Part shown: positions 33,893 to 43,862 of the stretch, one piece after another | How the letters are laid out: the number at the start of each line of letters is the position of its first letter | Position numbering within the stretch: position 1 is the stretch's first letter | Assembly: GCA_042563095.1 (NCBI GenBank) | Contig: JBHPMS010000004.1 | Coordinates: 1-51,773 of the forward strand | Origin: Candidatus Margulisiibacteriota bacterium | Lineage (GTDB): Bacteria; Margulisbacteria; WOR-1; XYC2-FULL-46-14 | Direction of reading: 5' to 3' | DNA length: 51,773 nt | The notes under the pieces: model-generated | Database searches by the model: none | The model's input: only the letters and a program-made list of their open reading frames with translations | What the model was told of the DNA's origin: nothing | Made by a program: the position numbers and the translations under genes

Positions 33893-35451
33893 TATTTGGC
33901 TACATCTTGTGAGCGAGTTTCACGGATAACCGTTACCCGAACTTCGCCTGGATAATCAAGTTCTGACTCGATTTTTTTGGCAATATCGTGAGCTAGCTTT
34001 GCAGATCCACTATCATCAATCTTATCTGGCTGAACAATTACCCTGACTTCTCGACCAGCCTGGATTGCAAATACTTTTTCAACTCCATTAAAAGCTTTAG
34101 CTACATTCTCCAGATTTTGCAGTCGTTTTACATAAGCTTCGAGCGAATCTCGCCTTGCTCCAGGTCGAGCGGCCGAAATTGCATCCGCTACCACTGCCAA
34201 CACCGCCTCAATTGTAGTCGGCTGGTTATCCAGGTGGTGGGTTTCTATAATATGGACAATCTCGGGGCTCTCTCCTGCCTTCTGTGCAAAAAGTGCTCCT
34301 AATTTAGTATGGGTTCCTTCAGCATCCTGGTCGATTGCTTTTCCGATATCGTGTAACAGTCCACCCCGCTTTGCGAGTTTAACATTAACGCCAAGTTCAG
34401 CAGCTAACATCCCACAAAGGTAAGCGACTTCTTTTGAGTGCTGTAATACGTTCTGCCCATAACTGGTCCGATAGTGTAATCTTCCGAGCAATTGGATAAG
34501 TACAGCGGGAAGGCCTTGTACATCAACTTCAAACGCGGCCTGTTCCCCCTGCTCCCACATTGCTGCTTTTGCTTCTTGTTTTGATTTGTTATACATCTCT
34601 TCAACGCGTGCAGGATGGATCCTTCCGTCAACTATTAGTTTGCTTAAAGTTCTTCGGGCAATCTCGCGGCGGAGCGGATCAAAGCTCGATAAAATTACAG
34701 CTTCGGGGGTATCATCTACGACCAAATCTACTCCGGTCGAAGTTTCAAACGCACGGATATTCCTGCCTTCGCGTCCTATGATTCGTCCTTTCATATCATC
34801 GGATGGAAGCTCGACCATCGTGGTAGTTGTTTCAACCACATGGTCAACAGCACAACGCTGAATTGCCGTTGCCAAAATTTCGCGGCTCTTTTTGTCAGCT
34901 TCTTTTTTAGTCTCTTCCTCTATCTTTTTGATCACCTTCCCGGCTTCTTCTTGAATCGTTTTCTCTACGTTGGTAAGTAGAATTTTTTTAGCGTCTTCTT
35001 TTGAAAGTTTTGCAACTTTTTCAAGATTCTCAACTTCTTGCAGGCGCAGTTTTTCTATCTCAACCTTTTTTGTTTCTAATTCTTCTTTTTGGGTAGTAAT
35101 TTGCTTGGATTGACTCTCAATATCTGCAAGCTTTTTATCGATATTTTCTTCTTTCTGCTCCAGACGCCGCTCTTGCCGGTTTAATTCTGCCTTCCTCTCC
35201 CGCGCTTCCTGCTCAATCTCTTTGCGTTGCTTAACTGCTTCTTCCTTTGCTTCGATGATTACTTCTTTTCTTTTAGTTTCTGCTTCTTTTTTGGCATCTT
35301 CCAAAATCCGCCTGGCGGACTCTTCGGCAATCATCAGCTTTTTATCGGCAACCTTTCTTCTAATCAAAAGCAAGATTAATCCAAGCGCTAATGCAATTGC
35401 TCCGCCCGCAACGAGCGATATTATAAGTGATATAAAAAATTCCATATTCAT
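33892..35451 (-). CDS. rny: Ribonuclease Y
   Basis: TM, coiled coil, KGRIIGREGRNIR (KH), LLHDIGK (HD); start set at MNMEF with SD AGGAG. Confidence 0.97.
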   Translation of the reverse strand: MNMEFFISLIISLVAGGAIALALGLILLLIRRKVADKKLMIAEESARRILEDAKKEAETKRKEVIIEAKEEAVKQRKEIEQEARERKAELNRQERRLEQKEENIDKKLADIESQSKQITTQKEELETKKVEIEKLRLQEVENLEKVAKLSKEDAKKILLTNVEKTIQEEAGKVIKKIEEETKKEADKKSREILATAIQRCAVDHVVETTTTMVELPSDDMKGRIIGREGRNIRAFETSTGVDLVVDDTPEAVILSSFDPLRREIARRTLSKLIVDGRIHPARVEEMYNKSKQEAKAAMWEQGEQAAFEVDVQGLPAVLIQLLGRLHYRTSYGQNVLQHSKEVAYLCGMLAAELGVNVKLAKRGGLLHDIGKAIDQDAEGTHTKLGALFAQKAGESPEIVHIIETHHLDNQPTTIEAVLAVVADAISAARPGARRDSLEAYVKRLQNLENVAKAFNGVEKVFAIQAGREVRVIVQPDKIDDSGSAKLAHDIAKKIESELDYPGEVRVTVIRETRSQDVAK

Positions 35452-35464
35452 TTTAATTTCTCCT

Positions 35465-35502
35465 TTCTCCTTCGTCCCGACTTTCGTCGGGATTTCGGAG
35501 AA
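35465..35502. repeat. Hairpin TCCCGAC-tttc-GTCGGGA with outer TTCTCC/GGAGAA arms in the recA-rny spacer
   Basis: Read directly; loop is GAAA on the coding strand. Confidence 0.65.
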
Positions 35503-35517
35503 CAAGTCTTGCAGAGC

Positions 35518-36555
35518 CTATTTTTTTACTTTTTTTGAATCTACTTTTACAATTGTAACCTCTTCGTTTTGAATTCCTAATGCTTTCTTTAATTGAGTTT
35601 CAAGCTTATTCTTAGCTGCAGGATGTTCTTTTAAATATCGCCTGGCAGCGTCATAACCCTGACCAATTCGCTCTCCAGCAAGAGAATACCAGGAACCGCT
35701 CTTTTCAATTATGTTATTTTGTAAGGCTAAGTCTAAGAGTTCTGCTTCTTTTGAAATTCCTTCCCCGTGGATTAGGACAAACGAAGCATTTCTGAAAGGA
35801 GGGGCAACCTTATTCTTCACAACCTTTACAATTACGCGGGTGCCTATAATCTTATCTCCTTCTTTGATTTTTTCTCTTGCTCTAACATCTAATCTTACAG
35901 AGGAATAAAACTTGAGTGCTCGTCCTCCCGGGGTTGTTTCTGGATTTCCAAAGAATACTCCAATCTTTTCTCTCAATTGGTTGATAAAAACAATCACCGT
36001 TCTTGACTTAGAAGCAACCGCAGTTAGTTTTCTTAACGCCTGTGACATAAGCCTGGCCTGCAGCCCCATCTGTGCATCCCCCATCTCCCCCTCAACCTCA
36101 GATTTTGGGACCAGTGCGGCAACTGAATCGATAACAATGATATCAATTGCACCGGAACGGACCAGCGTTTCACAAATTTCAAGTGCTTGCTCACCGTAAT
36201 CGGGCTGTGAAACTAAAAGATTATTAATATCTACTCCCAATTTTTTTGCATAAACCGGATCCATCGCGTGTTCTGCATCAATAAAAGCAGCGGTTCCCCC
36301 TGCTTTTTGGGCCATTGCAATTGCTTGCAAAGAAACCGTAGTTTTACCCCCTGATTCTGGACCAAATATTTCGATTACCCTTCCGCGCGGCAAGCCTCCA
36401 ACTCCCAAAGCTGCGTCCAATCCGATCGAGCCGGTTGGGATTGTTTGGATGTTTAACTTCGAGTTTTCACCCATCTTTAAAATCGAACCCTTCCCGTAAT
36501 TTTTTTCGATCTGAGAAATTGCCAAATCTAATGCTTTACTTTTTCCGTTACTCAT
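35518..36555 (-). CDS. recA: Recombinase RecA
   Basis: [35 protein letters not shown]. Confidence 0.99.
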   Translation of the reverse strand: MSNGKSKALDLAISQIEKNYGKGSILKMGENSKLNIQTIPTGSIGLDAALGVGGLPRGRVIEIFGPESGGKTTVSLQAIAMAQKAGGTAAFIDAEHAMDPVYAKKLGVDINNLLVSQPDYGEQALEICETLVRSGAIDIIVIDSVAALVPKSEVEGEMGDAQMGLQARLMSQALRKLTAVASKSRTVIVFINQLREKIGVFFGNPETTPGGRALKFYSSVRLDVRAREKIKEGDKIIGTRVIVKVVKNKVAPPFRNASFVLIHGEGISKEAELLDLALQNNIIEKSGSWYSLAGERIGQGYDAARRYLKEHPAAKNKLETQLKKALGIQNEEVTIVKVDSKKVKK

Positions 36556-36595
36556 AATTCTTCCTCCTCGTCTGCCGCTAGGCAGGCTTTATATT

Positions 36596-37126
36596 TTATC
36601 CGCCCAAGTGTTGCCACAATAGGCCGATTGCAGCTTGCGCTGCTTTTTCTCTAATTTCTTTCCTGCTTCCTTGCAGGTGCAATTCTTTTACGTCACTGCC
36701 GTTGAGTGACGAAAGGGCAACAAAAACCAGGCCAACTGGAGCAGGTGGCTCCGGAGTTGGTCCGGCACAACCGGTTGCAGAAATGCCGATATCAGTTTTA
36801 AAACGCTGTCGGATTCCTTCTGCCATTGCCGAGGCTACTTCTTTTGAAATTGCCCCTTTGCTTGCGATCAAATTACCAGGAACTTTAAGCTCAGCCACTT
36901 TGATCCGGTTGTGATAGCTTACAACCGCCCCCATAAAGTAACTAGAGCTTCCGGCAATATTGGTCAAACGTTGTGCGATCATGCCACCAGTAAGTGATTC
37001 TGCAACAGAGACCGTCTGGTGTTTTTGCTTTAGCAGATCAGCAATCTGGTCATCAGTAATACGCCCAAGCCCTGCTAGAACTTTGGATGAAAAACTTTCT
37101 AATTTAATTTCAGTTCTGTCTGACAT
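36596..37126 (-). CDS. cinA: CinA C-terminal domain / PncC nicotinamide-nucleotide amidase
   Basis: AESLTGG, GSSSYF, MAEG, TGCAGP; start moved to ATG 37126. Confidence 0.88.
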   Translation of the reverse strand: MSDRTEIKLESFSSKVLAGLGRITDDQIADLLKQKHQTVSVAESLTGGMIAQRLTNIAGSSSYFMGAVVSYHNRIKVAELKVPGNLIASKGAISKEVASAMAEGIRQRFKTDIGISATGCAGPTPEPPAPVGLVFVALSSLNGSDVKELHLQGSRKEIREKAAQAAIGLLWQHLGG

Positions 37127-37592
37127 AATCAATTCCAGAGATAATCGAAGCAATAACTGCCAGCCATAAAACGATTTCTGCATTGGGGAGGCTAATGATT
37201 AGCATCCCAGTTGCAAGCAACTGTAAGACCGTTTTTATTTTTGCCGGCCAACTAGCTGCAACAACTGCTCCATCACGAGCTTTTATTAACCGCCAACCGG
37301 AAATCGCGATTTCCCTGATTACAATCAGGATGACCGGTATAGATGAGGCTGCCCCCGCCTCTACTAAAACAATCAGAATCGATATAACAAGGATCTTATC
37401 CGCTAAGGGATCAGCAAATTTACCAAAATCGGTAATCTGCTTTAAGCGCCGTGCCAAATATCCATCCAGCCCATCGCTTAAGGCAGAAACTGCGAAGAGG
37501 ATAAAAGCCCAAAAGGGGTAGCCGTTTAACAAAAGGGTGATTATAAAGGGGAGTAGGCTAATTCGGAAAAGCGTAATTACATTCGGGATCAA
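37110..37592 (-). CDS. pgsA: CDP-diacylglycerol--glycerol-3-phosphate phosphatidyltransferase
   Basis: PN.IT..R, DGLDGYLAR, GKFADPLADK. Confidence 0.95.
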   Translation of the reverse strand: MIPNVITLFRISLLPFIITLLLNGYPFWAFILFAVSALSDGLDGYLARRLKQITDFGKFADPLADKILVISILIVLVEAGAASSIPVILIVIREIAISGWRLIKARDGAVVAASWPAKIKTVLQLLATGMLIISLPNAEIVLWLAVIASIISGIDYVRQN

Positions 37593-38779
37593 GTAATTAG
37601 AGTGGCAGTAAGATCATAAGCAGAAGCAGAAACAACTTTGGCATGCACAAACCGGCCATAGCGTTCCTGTCCACACTGCATTAATCTAACTTCACTATCA
37701 ATTCCGGGCGCTGAACGATACGTGCGGCCATAAAAATACGAACCGCGTTTTCCTTCACAGAGTACCTCAAAAGTCCTTCCGATGAGGCTATTGTTTAGCG
37801 CCTTTGAAATCTTTTTTTGTTTAGCCATAATTTTTTGGAATCTATAATCTTTAACCCTTTGAGAAACCTGCCCCCTCATTTTTGCTGCAGGCGTTCCCTC
37901 TTCTCTGCTATATTTGAAAACCCCGAGCTTATCAAATTTAATTCTGGAAACAAAATCCAATAATTTGTTAAAATCGGAGCCTTTTTCACCTGGAAATCCG
38001 ACGATTAAACTCGTTCGGATTACAATTCCTGGTATCGCCTCCCTGATTCTAAAAATAAGATTTTCAATATCTGAACCGGATTTCTGGGTACGGTTCATCC
38101 CTTTTAATATATTATCACTAATATGTTGAATTGGCAAGTCGATGTATTTGCAAATTTTCGGCTCATTTGCAATAATTTTGATCAGTTTATTGCTCAAGTT
38201 TTTTGGATGAGCATACAGAAATCTTATCCACTTTAACTTTTTTATTTTGGCTGTTTTTTTTAATAATTCAGGTAGTTGTGGATGAGTAGTAGTCTCTTGT
38301 GCAATGTAAATTATTTCACGCACACCTTTTTGTGCAAGATTTTTAACCTCTGCTAGAATATCAGCAATTTCACGAAATCTTAACCTGCCTCTTATTTTTG
38401 GGATCAAACAGTATGAGCAGTGATTATTGCATCCCTCTGCAATTTTTACATAAGCTGTCCACGGTTGTGTTGCTTTGATGCGGGGTGTTTTGGAGTCGAA
38501 GAGGCCGATCGAATTGATGGTGCGAAAAGGAAGATCGCGGTTCCAAACGGGTAGACATCCAGCTAGGTATATCTTTTTCTTGTATTTTCGAAGATATTTT
38601 ATTGTTGCTTTTACTTCATTACGAGCAGATTTTAGAAAAGCGCAGGTGTTGATAATAAAAAAATCGGCATCTTTTTCTATTGTGGTAATCTGATAGCCTT
38701 GTGTAACTAATTTACCCATCAAAACTTCGGTATCGGTCAGGTTTTTTGGGCAACCGAGCGAGATGATGCAAACCTTCAT
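37589..38779 (-). CDS. rimO: Ribosomal protein S12 methylthiotransferase
   Basis: SLGCPKN, NTC.F, KIAEGCNNHCSYC, YSREEGT. Confidence 0.93.
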   Translation of the reverse strand: MKVCIISLGCPKNLTDTEVLMGKLVTQGYQITTIEKDADFFIINTCAFLKSARNEVKATIKYLRKYKKKIYLAGCLPVWNRDLPFRTINSIGLFDSKTPRIKATQPWTAYVKIAEGCNNHCSYCLIPKIRGRLRFREIADILAEVKNLAQKGVREIIYIAQETTTHPQLPELLKKTAKIKKLKWIRFLYAHPKNLSNKLIKIIANEPKICKYIDLPIQHISDNILKGMNRTQKSGSDIENLIFRIREAIPGIVIRTSLIVGFPGEKGSDFNKLLDFVSRIKFDKLGVFKYSREEGTPAAKMRGQVSQRVKDYRFQKIMAKQKKISKALNNSLIGRTFEVLCEGKRGSYFYGRTYRSAPGIDSEVRLMQCGQERYGRFVHAKVVSASAYDLTATLIT

Positions 38780-39267
38780 CTATAATTTACAAACTGTAAC
38801 TCGATCGGGATATTTGCGGTTTTAATTAGTTTCATCGCGGCCTGGAGGTTGTCGATTTTAGCAGAAGAAACTCTAAGCTGATCTCCCTGAATCTGGCTTT
38901 GGACTTTTAGTTTTGATTCTTTTATCTTTTTATTAATCTCTTTTGCAATTTCCTGTGAAATACCCTGCTTAATCTTAATGTCCTGTTTTTTCAATCCTCT
39001 GAGTGAATCCTCTACTTTCTGCGGATCTAAGAATTTAAGCGATATGCCCCGTTTTACCAATTTTCCTTTCAAAATATCGATTACACTATTTAGTTTATAA
39101 TCATCATCGGAGACAATTTTTAAAACTTCCCCTTCCAGCTTGATGCTGCTTTTACTCCCCTTAAAATCGAAACGGTTGACGATTTCTTTCATCGCAATAT
39201 TAACGGCATTTCCCACTTCTTGCAGGTTTGCTTTTGATGTTATATCGAATGAATGATCTTTTGCCAT
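38776..39267 (-). CDS. yajQ: YajQ family cyclic-di-GMP-binding protein
   Basis: SFDI, NRFDFKGS, IQGDQLRV, LQFVNYR. Confidence 0.95.
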   Translation of the reverse strand: MAKDHSFDITSKANLQEVGNAVNIAMKEIVNRFDFKGSKSSIKLEGEVLKIVSDDDYKLNSVIDILKGKLVKRGISLKFLDPQKVEDSLRGLKKQDIKIKQGISQEIAKEINKKIKESKLKVQSQIQGDQLRVSSAKIDNLQAAMKLIKTANIPIELQFVNYR

Positions 39268-39282
39268 AATTTTCCTTTAAAA

Positions 39283-39356
39283 AGCCTCCGGGCGGAGTCG
39301 AACCGCCGACCTAGTGCTTACCATGCACTCGCTCTGTCCGTCTGAGCTACAGAGGC
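39283..39356 (-). tRNA. tRNA-Thr(GGT), CCA not encoded
   Basis: GCCTCTG/CGGAGGC acceptor, GCTC/GAGC D stem, AGTGC-ATGGTAA-GCACT anticodon arm, GGCGG-TTCGACT-CCGCC T arm. Confidence 0.96.
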
Positions 39357-39958
39357 ATTATACAATCTTTTAGGGCCAGAGTGCACCACTCAAGAATTAT
39401 TTGCTTAAGTTTAGAGTTGCACACCAATAATGTTAATGTACCATATTTACTCTTTTTTTTGTAGCTGCCCCCTTTACTTTTTCTGATAAAAACATGCCGA
39501 ATTTGTTTTTTTGTTATTCCGATGTTTTTTGACCAATAAGAGATGGCCTTTGTTTTATTAACATCATCAAAAATATTCAATTCTGCCCTAATTTTGTTTT
39601 CTTTGACGCCACAAATTATTCTTAAAAAATACAAAAAGGTCTTTAGAATGTCTGGATTCGTATTTCCAAGGGCAACTTTGTGTTTCCCTTGTTTTGTTCC
39701 TTCTCCAAGGTAAAGACCTATTCCAATGAAAAAAAGCAATAATTGATAATGTGATTTTATGTTGTCAATGATTTTGAAGGGATCTCCATCGGGATTTCTC
39801 TTTTTATACGTGGCATCACTCCAGCTTCTAGCTTTTATTTCCCCCTTATTCATCCAATACCTAACCATCTTTTCTGAGACGCCCAGATTTTCACCAACTT
39901 CTTTTGCAGAAAATCCTTTCGAATATTCTTCTTTTATTTTATTAATTAATTTGTTCAT
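39347..39958 (-). CDS. HTH + single LAGLIDADG-like domain protein
   Basis: SAKEVGENLGVSEKMVRYW (HTH); IGLYLGEGTK...LGNTNPDILKTFLYFL; YWS; YGT. Confidence 0.7.
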   Translation of the reverse strand: MNKLINKIKEEYSKGFSAKEVGENLGVSEKMVRYWMNKGEIKARSWSDATYKKRNPDGDPFKIIDNIKSHYQLLLFFIGIGLYLGEGTKQGKHKVALGNTNPDILKTFLYFLRIICGVKENKIRAELNIFDDVNKTKAISYWSKNIGITKKQIRHVFIRKSKGGSYKKKSKYGTLTLLVCNSKLKQIILEWCTLALKDCIMPL

Positions 39959-40046
39959 TTAGTCAGGAGAGCAATGTAATAATAAGAATAACAATGCCCA
40001 TAAAATTATCTTATCATAGAACGTAATAAGAAAAAAGAAAAAGTTT

Positions 40047-40083
40047 TCCCTCTCTTCTTGGGAGAGGGGCAAAGGGTGAGGGC
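40047..40083. repeat. Partial second copy of the CCCTCTC/GGGAGAGGG/AGGGTGAGGGC element
   Basis: Same arms as 23171-23308. Confidence 0.7.
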
Positions 40084-40084
40084 G

Positions 40085-40111
40085 CAAGTTTATCTCTTGT
40101 AAATACGATAT
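40085..40111 (+). promoter_or_regulatory. sigma28-like promoter CAAG-N15-TACGATAT
   Basis: Read directly. Confidence 0.55.
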
Positions 40112-40138
40112 AGTATAATAAAAGGGGAGGCGATAAAG

Positions 40139-40261
40139 ATGACAAAGTTAAGGGAAGTATTTAAAAAATTATTAAAGCTAGAAAAAGGGATTAAGTCTTT
40201 AAAGAAAGAAATTAAAGCTGCAAAGCTGGCGCAAATAAAGAAAAGAAAATTTAAGGCTTAA
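40139..40261 (+). CDS. Cationic peptide A, 40 aa: MTKLREVFKKLLKLEKGIKSLKKEIKAAKLAQIKKRKFKA
   Basis: SD GGGGAGG; second copy at 41677 differs at many synonymous positions. Confidence 0.75.
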   Translation: MTKLREVFKKLLKLEKGIKSLKKEIKAAKLAQIKKRKFKA

Positions 40262-40292
40262 TTCTTTTCGACCAATAGTTCAAAAGAGAATA

Positions 40293-41471
40293 TTAAACAA
40301 AAGCGCTTAAGAACTTTGAGGCGCCGATTACCCTGATATGCCCTTTGATATAATCGACATTTTCTTCGTTTACAACTTCAAAAACATGCGGGATTTTTAG
40401 CTTTAAACTAAAGTACTTAAGGCTTTCTGACATTGATTTTGATGAGCTTTTGGCCTCCGCACAAAACCACGGCTTATTATCGATGCAAACCAAAAAATCT
40501 ACCTCTCTTTGTTCTTTATCCCTAATATAATAGAGCCGGGCCTTATAGCCTTCGACATCACAGAGGAAATCGCAGAACTTTAAAAGATGAGACGCGATCA
40601 TGTTTTCAAATTTTATGTTTTCATCTTTTATTTCCGACCAGTCCCACAGGTAAGCCTTAGGTTCTTTCCGCAGGGCTTTTATAAGAGTGCTTTGAAAAGG
40701 ATATATTCTAAAATAATAAAAAAACTTTTCCAGTACGTTTGCCCATAATGTTATTGTCTTGTGGTTCACCTCCAAATCTTCGCGCAATGAATTTAAAGAG
40801 AAAAGAGACCCGATTTTATCAGGCAGAAGATCAACCATAATTTGCAATGCCGATAAATCCCGCAAGTTTTCAACGTCCCGGATATCCTCCTTGATTAGCC
40901 TGTCTGCTTTGGAGGCGTGCCAGCGGCGCAAAGACCTTTCGTTTTGTTTTATAAATACTTCGGGGAAACCGCCGAATTTAAAAAGCAAATCGAATATGTT
41001 TTTATTCTGTCCGTGATTATTTGTAAAGTCCAACTTTGTAAACGGAAGGGGATAAGCATCTTTGTTTAACAGCTCTCCCAGAGACAGCGGGTGCAGACGG
41101 TAAAAGTGATATCTGCCCATTAATGAATCCCCGCCTTTTCGATAAACATCCAGCCGCGCGCTTCCCGTTACGAGGATATTAAACCTGCTTTTGTTTTTGT
41201 CATATTCTCCTTTTATATAATTTTTCCACTTTTTATATTTATGAATTTCATCAAAGATTAAAAGCTTTTTATCGGCCGGGAGTTTGTCGGCAAGAATGGT
41301 TTTTCTGTCTGATTGTTTGTCCCAGTTCAGGCAGGTATAGTTGTTTAAATAGTGCTTTTCTCCGATTTGGTTTGCGAATGTAGTTTTCCCAACCTGGCGC
41401 GGTCCGGAGATAAAAGCCATTTTTTCTTTCAGGTCTTCTAAGACATACTTTTCTAAATATCGATTAATCAT
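40293..41471 (-). CDS. AAA_14 ATPase with DUF4143-like C-terminus
   Basis: GPRQVGKTT, FDEIHK, TGSARL, GGFPE, REVDF..EAK; start moved to ATG 41471 (SD AGGAG). Confidence 0.9.
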   Translation of the reverse strand: MINRYLEKYVLEDLKEKMAFISGPRQVGKTTFANQIGEKHYLNNYTCLNWDKQSDRKTILADKLPADKKLLIFDEIHKYKKWKNYIKGEYDKNKSRFNILVTGSARLDVYRKGGDSLMGRYHFYRLHPLSLGELLNKDAYPLPFTKLDFTNNHGQNKNIFDLLFKFGGFPEVFIKQNERSLRRWHASKADRLIKEDIRDVENLRDLSALQIMVDLLPDKIGSLFSLNSLREDLEVNHKTITLWANVLEKFFYYFRIYPFQSTLIKALRKEPKAYLWDWSEIKDENIKFENMIASHLLKFCDFLCDVEGYKARLYYIRDKEQREVDFLVCIDNKPWFCAEAKSSSKSMSESLKYFSLKLKIPHVFEVVNEENVDYIKGHIRVIGASKFLSAFV

Positions 41472-41505
41472 TTTGCCAAACTCCTTAACAACAAGCTTCC
41501 TACAA

Positions 41506-41554
41506 ATTATACCAAAGTATAAAAAATAGTCAAACAAATTACACCCGGGTATAA
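41506..41554 (-). promoter_or_regulatory. sigma70 promoter TTGACT-N16-TATAAT with two TTA(T/C)AC-N4-GTATAA boxes
   Basis: Boxes at 41507-41522 and 41539-41554. Confidence 0.7.
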
Positions 41555-41676
41555 AAACCGCGCGGAACGATATGGATGAGATTGAAAAAGAGCTGTATTA
41601 TGAAGGGACCAGGGCAAAAAGGTTGAAATTGCAGATTGTTTAATAAAGAGGGATGTGGTAATCTGCCAAAAAAGGG

Positions 41677-41808
41677 GTGATAAAAAAGGCTACGCTGAGG
41701 GAATTATTTAAAAAAATAATAAAACTGGAAAAAGGGATAAAATCATTAAAGAAAGAAATTAAAGCTGCAAAGCTGGCGCAGATTTAAAGTAGAAAATTTA
41801 AAGCTTAA
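41677..41808 (+). pseudogene. Decayed copy of cationic peptide A
   Basis: ATLRELFKKIIKLEKGIKSLKKEIKAAKLAQI*SRKFKA*; no ATG at the equivalent position (possible GTG at 41677), internal TAA at 41785. Confidence 0.75.
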
Positions 41809-42026
41809 CGTTTTTCGATTAACAACTCAAAAATATTCTTTTCGGCATATATTTTTCTGGTTTCTCCGTATGGAAGCGTAATCAATATTTTGTATTGCCA
41901 GAGATAAACGCCAACTAGAATGAATAGAATAAAGCCATAAACCGCAACTCTTTGTACGACTTTTACCTGCAGCTCCATATCTTCATCCAGGAAATTTTCA
42001 AGCCAGGCTGACAATTTTCTTTTCAT
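41805..42026 (-). CDS. Small single-TM protein coupled to the ABC exporter
   Basis: ATGA overlap with exporter stop; hydrophobic VAVYGFILFILVGVYLW. Confidence 0.65.
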   Translation of the reverse strand: MKRKLSAWLENFLDEDMELQVKVVQRVAVYGFILFILVGVYLWQYKILITLPYGETRKIYAEKNIFELLIEKR

Positions 42027-43774
42027 GAAACCTGCTCCTTCTGCTGTAGTTTGTAAAGAGAATAAAATTCCCCCTTATTTTTAATTAGTTCTTTGAATGA
42101 GCCTTTTTCATGCACTGCGTTTTCTTTAATCACAACGATTTGATCAGCGGTTTGGACTGACGAAATGCGGTGAGTGATTACAATTACAGTTTTGTCTTTT
42201 GTAAACTCTTTTAAATTGTTTAAGATATTATGCTCGCTTAAAACATCAAGTGCAGAAGTTGCTTCGTCCAGGATCAATATCTTTACATTGCGATAAACAG
42301 CCCTGGCAATCATCAGCCGTTGTTTCTGTCCGCCCGAAAGTCCAATCCCGGTCTCTCCGATAAAAGTGTCATACTGTTGCGGCAGGGTCATAATAAAGTC
42401 ATGGATTTCAGCACAATTACAGGCAGAGATTGCTCTATTGCGATCAACCTTTGTTCCATAGGAGCCATAAGTAATGTTTTCCAAAACTGTTCCAGTAAAT
42501 GGATTTGATCCCTGGGAAACAATCGAAATGTTAGAACGTAACGATATTAGTGATATATGTTTCATATTGTATTTGTCAATAATGATTTGTCCGTTAGAAG
42601 GTTCAATAAAGCGTTGCATCAGATCAATGATGGTGCTTTTTCCTGCTCCACTCATCCCTACAAAGGCGGTAGTGGTGCCAGGCTGTGCTTCAAAATTAAT
42701 ATTTTGCAGAGTCGGTTTTTTTGAGCCTTGATAACAGAAGGTTACATTTTCAAATTTAATTGTTCCATCCATTTTGAAAAGAATAAATGTTTTGCTCTCG
42801 TGGTAGGCTTCGGTTTCTGCTGAAAAAATTTCATCTACTCTTCTCATGGAGACCAGGCTGCTGACTACAGATTTGTAAATCGAGCCGAGGTCCATAAAAG
42901 GTTGGTGGACTTGCCCAAGGTATATGAGGATTGCCATAACTTCTCCAATAGTAATGTGTCCGGTAATTACGCGGTATCCTCCGTACCACCCGATGGCAGT
43001 AGTCCAAATTTTTATTATGCTGTTATCGAGAAAGGCATTCAACATCCCCATAAATGAATTTTCCCTGATCAGCCGAAACATCGCTTTTAATTTGTCGGCC
43101 AGGCGATTGGCTTCATAGATTCCCTGGTTAAATGATTTGATAGTTTTTATATCTCCAATTTTTTCTTGGTAGAAAGCATAGATTTCTGATTCTTTTTCTT
43201 GCGCCCGCTGGGCTACATCTGCAAAACGGCCAGCAAAAAGATGGGTTTGGATAAAGTAAAGCGGAATTCCAAGCAGGGCCATTAAGGTTAGTGTTTTATC
43301 GATTGTGAAACAGATGACCAGCAAGGCAATTAAGCGGAGTGTAGTTTGAATAATAACAGGGATTAGTTCGGCAATTGCGTCAACTACTACTTCAATATCA
43401 TCACTAATCCTAACGATCATATCCCCAACATGTTTTTCATTAATGGTTGCCATTGGAAGTTTTTGCAGGTGATCGTAAAATTTCTTTTTTAGATCAATGG
43501 AGAGCCGTTGGTGAATAAAATTATCTAAATAAGTAGTAATGTTGCCAAAAAGGGCATTAAAAAAGAAAATAATTAGTCCCAGGACCAACATTAGGTTTAA
43601 AAGATAAAGGTCCTGGTTGGGGTAAGCATAATCAATCAAGACTTTTGTTATCAGGGGCATAACCATTCCCAATAGGACGGTGATTCCGATCGAGATCAGG
43701 GAGATTACGCTTTTGTCCCAATAAGGTACAACGATTTGGACATAACGTTTTAATAATGGCCAATCTTTTTTCAT
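42023..43774 (-). CDS. ABC exporter, fused permease+ATPase (MsbA/peptide-exporter class, no C39 peptidase domain)
   Basis: TM domain, GMSGAGKST, LSGGQKQR, ILDEATSALD, H-loop. Confidence 0.95.
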   Translation of the reverse strand: MKKDWPLLKRYVQIVVPYWDKSVISLISIGITVLLGMVMPLITKVLIDYAYPNQDLYLLNLMLVLGLIIFFFNALFGNITTYLDNFIHQRLSIDLKKKFYDHLQKLPMATINEKHVGDMIVRISDDIEVVVDAIAELIPVIIQTTLRLIALLVICFTIDKTLTLMALLGIPLYFIQTHLFAGRFADVAQRAQEKESEIYAFYQEKIGDIKTIKSFNQGIYEANRLADKLKAMFRLIRENSFMGMLNAFLDNSIIKIWTTAIGWYGGYRVITGHITIGEVMAILIYLGQVHQPFMDLGSIYKSVVSSLVSMRRVDEIFSAETEAYHESKTFILFKMDGTIKFENVTFCYQGSKKPTLQNINFEAQPGTTTAFVGMSGAGKSTIIDLMQRFIEPSNGQIIIDKYNMKHISLISLRSNISIVSQGSNPFTGTVLENITYGSYGTKVDRNRAISACNCAEIHDFIMTLPQQYDTFIGETGIGLSGGQKQRLMIARAVYRNVKILILDEATSALDVLSEHNILNNLKEFTKDKTVIVITHRISSVQTADQIVVIKENAVHEKGSFKELIKNKGEFYSLYKLQQKEQVS

Positions 43775-43862
43775 TTTAGTAAGTATAATACTATTTTATT
43801 ATACAAGCAATAGAATAGGAGGAATATTGCTTTTTGCAGGGTTTAGATGTAGAATTATCAAA

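Noticed and set aside
35452-35505. N-terminal extension of RNase Y (MFSEIPTKVGTK...)
   Set aside because: Arises from the intergenic hairpin; the SD supports ATG 35451
41572-41643. 23-aa ORF MDEIEKELYYEGTRAKRLKLQIV
   Set aside because: No clear SD or similarity to the peptide family; may be a gene tail remnant
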